A stretch of DNA of 44,317 nt, counting the filler, from Catajapyx aquilonaris (taxonomy: Eukaryota), in assembly GCA_000934665.2 (NCBI GenBank). It is 2 parts of 2 records of this genome, joined end to end, with 100 filler letters (N's around TTAATTAATTAA, not from the genome) between each part and the next. Parts side by side here need not be neighbours in the genome. Positions count along the whole stretch, not along the records: positions 1 to 22,105 come from JYFJ02005922.1; positions 22,206 to 44,317 come from JYFJ02005923.1. One strand, 5' to 3'. Under the pieces are notes generated by a model. It had not been told where the DNA came from and searched no databases. It saw nothing but the letters and a program-made list of their open reading frames with translations. This document shows positions 14,101-25,160 of this stretch, piece by piece; the stretch's first letter is position 1; every line of letters starts with the position of its first letter. The position numbers were made by a program, and so were the translations under genes.

Positions 14101-14503
14101 ATAATATATTTTACTCCTCTGAACCGTGGCAAATTTCGCTTGGACATAGATTATCATCGCAGTGATTTTAACCTACAAGTATATGCATTCCTTTTGCAGG
14201 CAATGGTTAGTAAAACACGACATAACCCTAAACGATGATGCGACAGTTACCTATTTCGAGTCGAAGACATTTCACTTTGAACCAGATTGGTCACAACGAA
14301 GCGAAGATGACGTGGTCACTATCCTCAACTATCCTCTAGTCGTACGTACACGTTAAAGATCTTATATATTACAGTATTACACTATCAGCTGATCCTAAAT
14401 AAACTCCCCAAGGAACTCCTGTAATTCGTTATCGTTAAGAAACGTTACCCCCGCCCCCCTTATTTTGATGTAAAATGCCTCGCGGGGTGGTGGTAAATAA
14501 AAT

Positions 14504-14557
<54 letters not shown>

Positions 14558-17089
14558 GTTAGGTAACGTTCAGATTGTAGCATTATGGACCACTTGTTTC
14601 CTCACTTGACAACAGTTATGCTCATCTAAAAATCTCCCCCTTGTAACATCGGCACTTGGAATTAGTTGCCGATTAAAAATTAGTTATCATACGCCTTGGG
14701 GCGTGTATTATGATTAGCGTGATTGTGTGCATCTCATGAAGTGTGTGATAGAATGTAATATTATATATCAGTTTGTTTTCGCTTATTTCCAGGAAGCAGT
14801 AAAACAGATATCTTTACTGGCTGAATGGAAACTCAGCGCATTTTTCCTCAATTATGTGTTAAAGAATTACCAACAAGAACTGTTCGTCACCAAGACTGTT
14901 CGTGAACTTCTCTTCGGCGGGTATCATGACCTGCTCTTATCCCACGGACAATTACTAATAAAGGACCAATTATTAGTAGATGACAAATTCTCATATTTTA
15001 GCCTGGTACTTACTTTCTTACTCTCAAGTTTCAACTCTCCTCAAAAACATTCAGTATTCAAAATAATGTTGTTTCCATATCCACAGTTGAATGGTACAAA
15101 AGAGGGGCCTATAACAATAAGAACAGGAGAAGATGATATTGAAACCGTGGGACGGTTCACCGCTTTCAAGGGGTCACCCACAGTGTCATTTTGGAAGAAC
15201 AAATACTGCAACATGATGAACGGAACTGACGGAATGTTCTTTCATCCATTTGTTAACAAGGATGAACGCCTCTACGCATTTCTAAAAGAATTCGGCAGGT
15301 TCGTAAATATCAGCTATGCCATAACTATTCTGTGCAATGCCCCCATTACGTAGTGTAACTCCCACTGCTTGTGAATCCTAAAAATGTTCCTGTCGTTACA
15401 AAACCATCCAATTAATCAGGTCTATACGTCGCTTTGCAGGTCATTCTACGCAGAATTCATCGAGTTGTCCGAGTTTGAGGGAGTACCCACGTACAGATTC
15501 ACTGTCCCCCCAAAATTAATTGCTAGTGCATCTGAAAACCCAGATAACGAATGCTACTGCTACGAATCCTCAATCAATCAGTGTCCGAAGTCAGGCCTCA
15601 TAGACGTTTTTCCTAGCGTAGGAGCGCATATTCTGCTTTCCGAGCCGCACTTTTTCCGTGCAGACAAATCACTACTTCGTGATGTTGATGGCTTGAGTCC
15701 AAGCAGCGAAAAACATATGTCTTACTTTGACCTGCAACCGGTAAGTTATTAGAGAACTCTTATGATTTATACGAGTTTTACTTCACATTTACCCTTGAAC
15801 TGTTGTTGCAGGAACTTGGATATCCGTTGCTAGCCACAAGGAAAGTTCAGATGAACGCCGAATTGAAACCTTTTCCTCATTTGGAACAATTTCGAAACGT
15901 GCCCACACTCATATTTCCAATGTTTTGGATGAGTGAAGTAAGTACATAATACTTACGGCATCCGCAGAATAGTAAAGCAAGGCTTGAAATCGGTAAGGAT
16001 TTGGTTCAAATACGACGGGAAAGAAATAATTACAGAGAGTAATTTTTCTAAAAGCTAATTGGTATCACAGCAAATTAAGCAAAAACCTCCAATTATGCAT
16101 TACGGATCCATATCGGAGTATTTTCCCTAATATGGGCCAAATTCAAGCCTTGGTTATTATTTGGGGTACTCATATCTAGTAGACTTATTTCATTCGCCGG
16201 CCACTAGTCATTAAATTTGGCAAAACAATCGGAAAATATGGGTTCGATACGTCGAGGTTGAGTACCATTAGGTAAATGACAAGGACGACGATGAATGTCA
16301 GGATGCTCCCATTTGCTCACTCAACTCGCACTGCATCATTGTCTCAGATTCATCTAGTAGAAATTGATTCTTGTGCCACAAAAAACCAGAAGCAACATAT
16401 CCTAGACTCAGTCCTGTAAAGCAGAACTTTCCCTCCCGAGCAGGGTAAGTGTCCTACTGCTGAATGCTTGCGAGGCACAACAGAAATGGACCCTAGTGCC
16501 CAGTTGGGGAAGCTGAGGGCCATCTTCCTCAGGCAATGGCTCGAGGATGGGAATTTGGGGATAGGTCGGGTTGGATGGGGGTGAGGACAGCGGGAGGTGT
16601 GGAAGGATCCAATGCCAATATTCCAGAGGCAATGGTGCAATATGGGTTGCCGGAGCATCAACGGCGCAGGCCTCTACATCGTTATCAGATGGTCTATCGA
16701 CATATGGTACCCTTCAATTTGATATGTTTTGATCCGAAGAAACCACAAGCTGCTGGATGGCCCACTAGCAAACAATAATTAAAACTTTTACCTCGTGTTT
16801 CTAAATTCTACAACTTGATAATTTATATACCGTCTAGTTCAACATGCCTCATCTCTTTCAGGAAGCTAAGTTATCACCTTCCTTGCTGAGTCAACTGAAA
16901 CTTCGATACATGCTACCTAAGACAATCCTGGAAATTATCTACTGGATAGGTCTAGTGGCGGGGGCTGCCATGATAATACTCGGAGTGTCATCATGGAAAT
17001 GGGCCAGTTGCCCCGAGAGAGCAGAAGTGCCCCTACTCAAGACCAGCGAAACCAAGACCACTCCTGACAAAATATTTACTGACGTATGA
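10983..17089 (+). CDS. Scavenger receptor class B / CD36-family membrane protein, 8 coding exons: 10983-11105, 13389-13549, 14200-14341, 14793-15005, 15087-15298, 15440-15740, 15812-15937, 16862-17089 (about 501 aa)
   Basis: The spliced translation has an N-terminal TM segment and the CD36 motifs W..PPIP...F.FFNVTNP, EVGPYTY, TV.ELLFGGY.D, CNMMNGTDG..FHP, NPDNECYC, PHF..AD, H..YFD.QP..G.P....K.Q.N and FP.FW, followed by a C-terminal TM. All introns are GT-AG and the phases join without stops. Confidence 0.95.
11381..11636. mobile_element. Decayed hAT/Charlie-like MITE in intron 1
   Basis: Left end CATCGGTCTTCAACC and right GGTTGAAGA, with internal GAACCC motifs; no TSD found. Confidence 0.45.
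13389..13549 (+). CDS. CD36-family exon 2
   Basis: ttacag acceptor; KLYLYPGSEVWEIWKEPPIP...FFNVTNP...EVGPYTY; GTAAGA donor. Confidence 0.95.
14200..14341 (+). CDS. CD36-family exon 3
   Basis: ttttgcag acceptor; KHDITLNDDATVTY...FHFEPDWSQRSEDDVVTILNYPL; GTACGT donor. Confidence 0.92.
14504..14557. repeat. (ATC)18 microsatellite, possibly a retroposon tail
   Basis: Perfect trinucleotide run directly after AATAAA in intron 3; it explains the poly-Met ORF at 14395-14583. Confidence 0.95.
14793..15005 (+). CDS. CD36-family exon 4
   Basis: tttccag acceptor; LFVTKTVRELLFGGYHD motif; GTACTT donor. Confidence 0.9.
15087..15298 (+). CDS. CD36-family exon 5
   Basis: ccacag acceptor; NGT...I.TG.DDI...G, W...YCNMMNGTDG.FFHP; GTTCGT donor. 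Confidence 0.93.
15440..15740 (+). CDS. CD36-family exon 6
   Basis: tttgcag acceptor; GVPTYRF, NPDNECYC, CPKSGLID, PHFFRAD, GLSP...KH; GTAAGT donor. Confidence 0.95.
15812..15937 (+). CDS. CD36-family exon 7 (not in the ORF track)
   Basis: ttgcag acceptor; ELGYPLLATRKVQMNAELKPFPHLEQFRNVPTLIFPMFWMSE; GTAAGT donor. Confidence 0.93.
16862..17089 (+). CDS. CD36-family exon 8, C-terminal TM and cytoplasmic tail, stop TGA
   Basis: ctttcag acceptor; IIYWIGLVAGAAMIILGV TM segment; tail ends ...KIFTDV. Confidence 0.9.
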   Translation, partial: EAKLSPSLLSQLKLRYMLPKTILEIIYWIGLVAGAAMIILGVSSWKWASCPERAEVPLLKTSETKTTPDKIFTDV

Positions 17090-17184
17090 AAAATTACGTT
17101 CAGTTCCTCATTTGGAACATTAATTTATTTCACCCCTTCATACTTTCATACCTGTTTGACTAGATCATCACATGTCAAATAGAT

Positions 17185-17194
17185 ATTAAATAAA
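17185..17194 (+). terminator. Candidate polyadenylation signal (overlapping ATTAAA/AATAAA)
   Basis: ATTAAATAAA about 100 nt after the stop codon. Confidence 0.55.
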
Positions 17195-17734
17195 TGTGCA
17201 TATGCACTCAAAGTCACAGCATTTGTTCAGTTCTGGAATGTAAGAAATATATTATGGCCGTCCGTAGGGGAATGCAGGAAATTTGAATTTTATCCAAATT
17301 CTTGAGGAGCCGTCAATGTCAGCCTGACCCGAAATATATAAATTTTAATTTGTTTTTCAAAACACATTATCTACAATACGGTAGTACTCTTTCTGATAAC
17401 AGCCGTGAAACAGGCTTGAAAAAGCATAAGTTAACTGTAGATTTTCACAATATCCCATCCCTCCACCCAGAAAAATTATACTGAGCATTTATACCCATGG
17501 CGTGACGTAGGCTCTAAGTTATCGAACAATCAATTTTGATTGTACCGGTATTATAAGTGCCGGTATTATAAGTTATGTGCAACTCACTGCACAAGGATTA
17601 CTCATATGGCGGCCAGCGAGAGATAATTTTGTCAGGAGATTCACCCCTATGAACATCGAACAGAACATTCCATTTAGCTTTTAGCCCTGCCTATGTTTTT
17701 ATTTCCAACCTGCATGTATAAGGCACTGTACATA

Positions 17735-18541
17735 CAGGGTGCCTCATCTGTTTTGTCCGAACAGTTATCGGAAAATTGCGCATAGCTGCTACTTTTTAAG
17801 CAGTGACTTGCAACCGGTGATTTGTCGGAGGAACGTCGCCAGGAATGGTGGACATTCTGCCAGTGTTTCATATTACCACCGATAGGAGGCGGACGATCAT
17901 TTGGACGGGATGAACCAGAGTTCTCTGACGGAAAGAGACACCATGATCTCACTACTTTGTGGACCAATCTTAAATATGGAATAGCCATTTTGTCACACAC
18001 ATCGTATATTTCATACACATTTTGAGATCAATGAAATATCTCAATTGAAAGTAGCTTTTTCGGGCCCAAGAGCAAAATGCAACGCAAAACCTCATAAGCG
18101 GAATGAGACACCATTATCTCCCAAACATAATTGCAATATTAATTTTTTAGAGTCACCAGGGTATGCAGGAGTCTATTACCTTCATACACATTGAAAAATA
18201 AAATTAATTCGATCAAAATTAACCGAGTTACAGCTGTTTTACACTGCAATCCCTATGTATAGCTTATGGGCGCAGGAGTCGCAAGGCCGATGTCCACCAT
18301 TCCTGGCGACGATGGGGAATGGGGAAAAAGAGGGTCACACATCCCATGGCATGTGTGACCCTCTTTTTTCCAGGCTTGACCCTCAATTTTCAGCGGGCAG
18401 CACGTATGCCACTTCAACCTACGATTCGCAGGGAATATTCCCCGTTCCTCCGAAAAATCACCGTTTGCAAGTCACGGCTTAAAAAGTAGCAGCTACGCAC
18501 TTTTCCGATAACTATTCGGACAAAAAAGATGAGACACCCTG
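17735..18541. mobile_element. Tc1/mariner-type non-autonomous element with about 100-bp TIRs
   Basis: CAGGGTG(C/T)CTCATCT...GGAGGAACG matches the reverse complement of about 18443-18541; TA flanks; a further IR pair at about 17835-17857 and 18290-18312. Confidence 0.9.
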
Positions 18542-18552
18542 TATAGGCCTAT

Positions 18553-19235
18553 AGATAGATAGAGAATTTATTTCCTTTATACAAGGTATATGGAAAGCCC
18601 CTCCCGCCAAAAGTTTTACAAAAACAAAAAAATATCACAAAATAATATCACAGCGTTGCAGTTTTCTTGCTGCTAGCGAAAAAAATCTGTACAGAGAGAA
18701 AACCTTAATGGTCGGAACATCAATAAACAATACATATATTTTATCTGGTGGTACCCGTTGGAAATCTTTTATACAGTCCCTTGCTTCTTTTTAAAAAAAC
18801 ACACTCAAATAAAACATGGAACAACGACATCTCTGCCAGCATGTTACAGAGCGAACAAATTTCCTCTGAGTCAAATTTTATACAATTCCCTTGAATATAC
18901 AAAACTTTTGACTTATTTCTTATGTTTATCAACATCCGTACCAGTTTCAATGGCATCATCCTACGAAGATACGTCTCTATAGCAAGTAACATTTTCATAT
19001 TTCGAGATAGTGTTTGTAGGCTCTTATCATTCAACGCTTTCATATCCCTTTCAATTATTGTATTATCCACAAAGGTGGTCAAAATTTTGTTCACATCCAC
19101 GGTGTCATGGTTTTGCTGCCAAAAATCCCATGTAACACCCGCATCTTTCAATAAAATTTCTACAGATGCGAACCAATCTCAACTATTTCTTTTCCTAACA
19201 CTTGTTTGGTACTCAAAGGCTTGACCAATTTGACT
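18553..19235 (-). mobile_element. 5'-truncated non-LTR retrotransposon (RTEX-like) 3' end
   Basis: Minus ORF 18741-19151 ends in a CCHC knuckle (CSLC...H....C), preceded by a W..V..LL...G...W-like motif; AATAAA plus a (TCTA)n tail at about 18553-18572. Confidence 0.75.
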
Positions 19236-20834
19236 ATTTGGGGGCCATATAGGCCTATACGCCTTCTCCAGGCATCAGTCAGATCCCATCCTCAACTTCA
19301 TATGAATGCTACCTACTCCGGGCAACCCATCGCGATAGGCCTATAACAGAGGTTCGGCAAAACGTGAAACGTGGAGTTGTCATGCATTGCGTATATATGA
19401 CGATAAATTCTGAGGTACCATTTTGTCAAATACACGGCCTACGACAACTCCACGTATCATCAAGATTGTTATCACCCCCAGGTGGGTGGGGGGTAACTTT
19501 AACCAGAAGACGATGTACGAAGCGTTGAACAGGACGGACGTGCAATAAAGAGGCGGCATATATGGATATCCACTGACAATGATTATGTCAATACTGGATT
19601 CCGTCATTTATTGTGTTGATCTGCACTACGCCCACCAGGTGCACAATTAGAGTTTATCAGAGAAGTTGGTAAAAAAAATTTCGATTCTCATTACGTGCTA
19701 CTGCATTGTATATACTAGGCTAATAATGTGTACTGGACAATCTCCTGAGCTTTTAAAAGTAGCTCCTGCCTGTTGCTGTTTATCAGAGGCTTTCTGTGGC
19801 CTTCACAGATGGATCTTTCGCGTCCAAAGCCGCAGTCACCACAACAAATCACAACATAAAGCTGACGAATTAGCTCCCTCTTCGTTCCCCGTATATGTCG
19901 GACTAATCTACATCACAATATATTATGACCTTCGTCACAACAACACACTGCATTTCAGTTGCAGTTCTTCAATACTGCACGTAGCAATTGGCATGAACGA
20001 CATATAGATATACAGTCCTGTAACATCAGAAAACCCACTTACTATGCTCAATATGCATTACAATAGTAAGAGTTGCATACAGCTGATTCCATAAGTGCAA
20101 AAAGTCCACAGTCAATAGCTGGTTTTCCGTATATATACGTATATAGCAATTATTTCTTAAAAGCACTGCACAAAGAAACCGGTTATACAGCCTTATACCC
20201 TTTACTTTTACCGTGTTACATGTGGGCTTTCAATAAAATACGTCAGACCTTTTTTTTAAAAAAAAAAAAAGAGCCATGCCCCCATGNCCCCCCCCCAACA
20301 AGTGCGTCACGCCGGTATGGATCCCCCCATTGCCTTCTTTTCGTGTAAACTGATGTAGATGGAATTACAAACATGATGAAACTATAGACGTCCATGCCGG
20401 GCATCAGGACGAACCCGCACTCTGGAGAGTAGGCCTACAGTATTAGGTAATAATTAAAACAGCGCGAATTAAGGCTACATTCGTAAGGCTCGACATTTCT
20501 ATGTAGACGTCACACTTTTTGTCAAAAACTTTACTTCTCAACAAACATAACTGTGTGACGGTAAAAACAAAAACTTTTGTGAATCGTCATATTCCACAGC
20601 CCGAAGGAAAACAATGATTAGTCGAGAAGTGTGATGATGGAGTGATCATTGCTGATGTGTCGCTTGCAGTATTGCGAGTTCGTGTCAAAGCATGAAAAGT
20701 AGAATTAGTTCTACACGTCACGTAATCGCGTCTAACAACTGCAGTGGTTACGTCTAAACCTATGCGTCACACTTAAGTGTCACGTCAATTCTTATTATTA
20801 GTTACGAGATGCTACGCCAGCCCCCAGGCACTTA

Positions 20835-21306
20835 TTTTAAGGGCGATAGCCCTTAAGTAAGACCGTAGCATAGCGTTTCAACAATGAATTTTTCCTACTT
20901 GTTGTTCTTCTTGTTCTTCTTGTTACGTTTTTTTTATTCGCCCTAACTCAAGTTCTGCTGTAGGTAGAGCTTCCAAATTTTGAACGCAGATCCCCACCGT
21001 CGTGACTTGATTTCCTACCATTTACACTTTTACTTAATTCCTCTTCAAAACGCAGCAAAAAATTTAAAACCACCAAAAAATAAGTCTCAATTTTTTTGCT
21101 CAATAACTATTCGGAATTTGGTTTCTTCGTCAAAGGGCCGAAGATGCAGTAGGATGGTGCGGATCTATGTTCAAAACCTCACAGTTCCACCTGCTACAGG
21201 ATTGGAGCTGTGATTTTTTTACCTCTTATTTTTTCTGTAATTAATTCATTTGTTCATTATGCCATCACCTAGAAACCTCAATACTTATTTACCACCTCGC
21301 CATATT
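20835..21306 (+). repeat. Interspersed repeat, Helentron/DINE-1(HINE)-like, copy 1
   Basis: About 470 bp shared with 21624 and 37911; T-rich start, 5' hairpin AGGGC-GATA-GCCCT, then a variable (TTC/TTG)n tract. Confidence 0.75.
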
Positions 21307-21623
21307 TTGTTAATAAATTTAGTTGTTTGCCTAATCAACGTTGCTGGAAGGTCGTCATTGGCTACGTTGCTAAGATATGTGTGTATAATCCTACTGAACA
21401 AGTCGATTTGTTCTATTATTGTTCAGAACTAGTTTGGAGTGAGTTGGGAGATGAACATTGTCGTGTAGTTTTCCGTTGACACGTTCCTCTCTTTAATAAT
21501 TTTTTCTGGTTTGAAGATTTTGACGCGTCCCGTACCTGACTGTCCCTACTTCCAGCAGGAGGGTTAGTATAGGCTTCGCATGTCGGAGCTGAAGTCTATT
21601 TAGTCATCTTACTGCATACTGTA

Positions 21624-22105
21624 TTTTAAGGGCGGTAGCCCTTAAGTAAGACCGTAGCATAGCGTTTCAACAATGAATTTTTCCTGGTTCTTGTTGTTGT
21701 TGTTACGTTTTTTTCAATCGCCGTAACTCAAGTTCTGCTGTAGGTAGAGCTTCCAAATTTTGAACACAGATCCCCACCATCGTGACTTGATTTCCTACCA
21801 TTTACACCTTTACTTAATTCCTCTTCAAAACGCCGCAAAAAATTTAAAACCACCAAAAAAAAACGTCTATATTTTTTTGCTCAATAACTATTCGGAATTC
21901 GGTTCCTTCTTCAAAGGGCCGAAGGTGCAGTGGGATGGTGCGGATCTATGTTCAAAATCTCACAGTTCCACCTGCTGCAGGATTGGAGCTGTGATTTTTT
22001 TACCTCGTATTTTTTCTGTCATTAATTCATTCGTTCATAATGCCATCACCTAGAAACGTCAATTCTTGTTTACCCACTAGCCATATTGTTATTAGCGAAA
22101 TACCC
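21624..22105 (+). repeat. Same repeat family, copy 2 (runs into the gap)
   Basis: High similarity to 20835-21306. Confidence 0.8.
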
Positions 22106-22205
22106 NNNNNNNNNNNNNNNNNNNNNNNNNNNNNNNNNNNNNNNNNNNNTTAATTAATTAANNNNNNNNNNNNNNNNNNNNNNNNNNNNNNNNNNNNNNN
22201 NNNNN
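22106..22205. other. Assembly gap with artificial linker (44 N + TTAATTAATTAA + 44 N)
   Basis: A six-frame stop linker centred in a gap of exactly 100 bp. Confidence 0.95.
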
Positions 22206-22627
22206 TGGTCAAATGTAAAGGACACCCATATGAACATGTTAAAACAAAAAAATCTCGCTAAGGAATTTGTCCGGGGTTCCGACCTTTCTTTCCTGTACTA
22301 GAATTACGGTGCCGGTATTTACTTACTACGCGTTGACCATGCGGTCGAGCAGCTTTACGTAGGTGATAATAGATGGCAGGAGAAGTCCGCCGCGCGTAAG
22401 GTGACTAGCCGCGCGCTCACTTCGCCCACTCGGGTTGCTCATCATGGTTAAACACTCTTCTTCATGCACCGTATCAGTGCACATGTGGAAGGCCGAAGAT
22501 GACTGATATTCTAAGAATAGAAATATTAGGGTCATGATCGAGAAAGTTATATATATATATTTTACATGTACACGTATCCACTCTGAATTGTTCATTCCAG
22601 CATAATACTCGCTACGCTGTGGAACAA

Positions 22628-22728
22628 TGGGGTGGAATTTTCGTCCCACTGCTAACTTTGCAGTACCAGTGTTGGCAATGGTACGGATAAGTTAGCAGTA
22701 TCTAGCAGTTGACGAAAATTCCACCCCA
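22628..22728. mobile_element. Palindromic mini-MITE, family GTGGAATTTTCGTC, copy 2
   Basis: TGGGGTGGAATTTTCGTC ... GACGAAAATTCCACCCCA. Confidence 0.75.
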
Positions 22729-23910
22729 AGTCGATAAGTTAGTATGCATTATACTCAGGCCCGGATTTCCCAATAGGCAAAGTAGGCAACTGCCTAGAGC
22801 GGCAAATTGGGTGGGGGGGGGGGGGGNTTTTGAAGAGGCTATTAGGTTCACGGACATGATGCTTATGTGGTAGGTACCCATTTTTTTTGACAATTTGAGT
22901 AAATTTGAATTTTTCATTAGTTTTTTTTTTCTTTCAACGGAACGGAGCCCAATTATGCGTTTGCAAGGCAGAATATCTGCCTACAAAATGACAGCATAAA
23001 TGCCCATTTAATATTTGTCGCTCAAGAGCAGGAGGACTGGAAAGGTAAAAAAAAAAATGTCTACGGAGCACGATGACACATTTTGTTTGAGGCACATTGG
23101 CACATGTCCCTACCAACCTTGGCAGACCATGGCGATTTATATGGAAGAGCATGATGGCAGCCTCTAGTTAGTCTAGTTCCTCTCTCCTGTCACTTATTAA
23201 GCCGGGCCCATGCACTTTTCCCAGTTGCCGGCTACTTGCTCCTTAGCTGGAGGGCACCTTATGGGAATCCTGCAGGCAAAAAGTTCTGAATATCTTATTC
23301 TATATTTTATTATTCTATATTTTAAAAAGCATTCCAAATTAGTGAATATCAAGCCCAGATTTTCCCAACTCGGGCCCGTCTGTATCGATGCAAATAGCTT
23401 AAAGAAAAAAAACGTATATTATGAATTCTTATCATTACACACAACAATAAGCAATTTTCCGTTATTTTGTGTTGATACAACTGGTCCTCAGCGAAGAGGA
23501 AAGAAAAAATCGAATTCCATTATTTAGTCCACTAAATTTTACCGTGGTACACCGCAATATCAACCCAGCAGGTAGAGATCCTCTATTTCAGCCCAAAAAA
23601 GGCCAGTACAGGTCCGAAAAACAGGGCTACGTTTGACGTCATCCGAACAATTATGAAGTTAATCATATCCTAAGCTTACAGCAGTTGAGGATATACTCTT
23701 GGTGCAGATATGCCGGCATAACTTGCGCTGTTGTCACAAGGGGCGGGACGGCTACAGCGAGATAGATCAAGTGATGCCATTTGCAGCCTCCTAGCTCTTT
23801 CCCGCGAAGCTGACCACAATCAGTTGACCCCTGCTGCAGATGTACTACACGTAGGGATTTATTCTGCAAGCAGACTCATGTAAGTTGTGCGATTTGGAAA
23901 ATTTCATATA

Positions 23911-24037
23911 GGGCCGGTTTCACCAAGCCCGGTTTTCATAAAAACCCCGGTTCTTTCGGAAAATCCCTGCAAATAGAATAGGGATTTTCCGAAAGAACCG
24001 GGTTTTTTATGAAAACCGGGCTTGGTGAAACCTGCCC
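23911..24037. mobile_element. 127-bp foldback MITE, PIF/Harbinger-like
   Basis: About 59-bp near-perfect arms starting GGGC(C/A)GGTTTCACCAAGCCCGG; 3-bp duplication ATA. Confidence 0.85.
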
Positions 24038-24619
24038 ATAGAGGTATCACTCGTATACCCAACTCAGTCAACTTGTGTGATCTAATAGGACAAATCACAC
24101 CAGCAGCAGCACAATGAAAGGAATAATAGAAAATGGGTCGTAAACTTGGACATTCTGAGTGGAACCCCACTGTAATACCAAGGGGCGACGTCAATGTACG
24201 GATATCAATGCCAATGATAAGACTGATTCCCGTTTCTCAACGATGTCTCGATATTTCTTGACAAATGGAACTTCTGGCGTTGACAGCGCTGGGGGGGAAG
24301 GTTAGTTTGATCCCTTATCTCGCTTATATACCGCGGAAGAAATTCGTTCAGAGGAGACGAACGACGGTAGAATTGTAAGGAGCTCCCCTATACCCAACCC
24401 AGTTATAGCTCCTGATTGACCATCACAGGAGCTAACACTTTAAGGAGAGCGCTATAAAGGCAGGTCAGTTGGGTCAATAACCGAATCCTATGCGCCGTAT
24501 TTCCTCGTCGTATCAAAGCATGTGACACCCCCCCACACAGGCACTAGAAATGATATGACACCTGCCATTTACGTGATGAGTCAACACATCGGTGTAATGA
24601 GGAGTAGTGCCTACTATTG

Positions 24620-25160
24620 GTACGAATGTCTGCTTCCACAGGTGGATGTGCAGGATTCAAATCTAAGAGACGGTTTCCGTACAAGGACCGGAGCCGGGGG
24701 CTTCCGGATTCTGTTTCACAATAAGGTAATGTTGTGGTGCGTTAGGGCTAGAGCTGTGGCTTTCTGAGGCTTTACAACGAATCTGAATCAGCACAGCAGA
24801 GAGATGAAGCGGTGAAAATAGGCGCTCCCCTTTGTTTGCACTCAATCTGGGGAATTACACGCCCGAAAAAGCATTCCTCAAGGCGAAATAAATTGAAATT
24901 GCCGGCCTTTGTTGCGAGGAGCACTCCCTAGGATTTATGTGTGGCGAATGTTAGTTGAATAATACCCAACCGGGATTAATATTCCCTTCCGAGTCTGGCC
25001 AGGCCTGCTGCTTCCATCCACGGTCCTTGCTACTGCCGTGAGAACAGATCCGGAGGCTTGTGAGATGCTGCTGTATTACTTTATTCTCCCCGGATATGCC
25101 AGTAGAGTATAGTTTTGTTCTAGGAGACTCCATTACAATTGATTTGCAGTAAATCTTGTT
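24620..25160 (-). pseudogene. Ancient LINE AP-endonuclease relic
   Basis: Minus-strand LLQINCNGV (cf. LQWNCNG) and, about 490 nt later, DLNPAH.P with a frameshifted WGS-like piece (cf. GDFNAHHPLWGS); many stops and frameshifts. Confidence 0.4.

Noticed and set aside
15384..15439. SLCRS in the ORF track seeming to supply the conserved CD36 Cys
   Set aside because: The TGC is part of the ttTGCAG acceptor of intron 5. Exon 5 already supplies the aligned residues, and the upstream AG at 15418-15419 is out of frame.
15978..16152. Short IR CAAGGCTTGAA in intron 7
   Set aside because: An 11-bp match with no TSD; insufficient to call an element.
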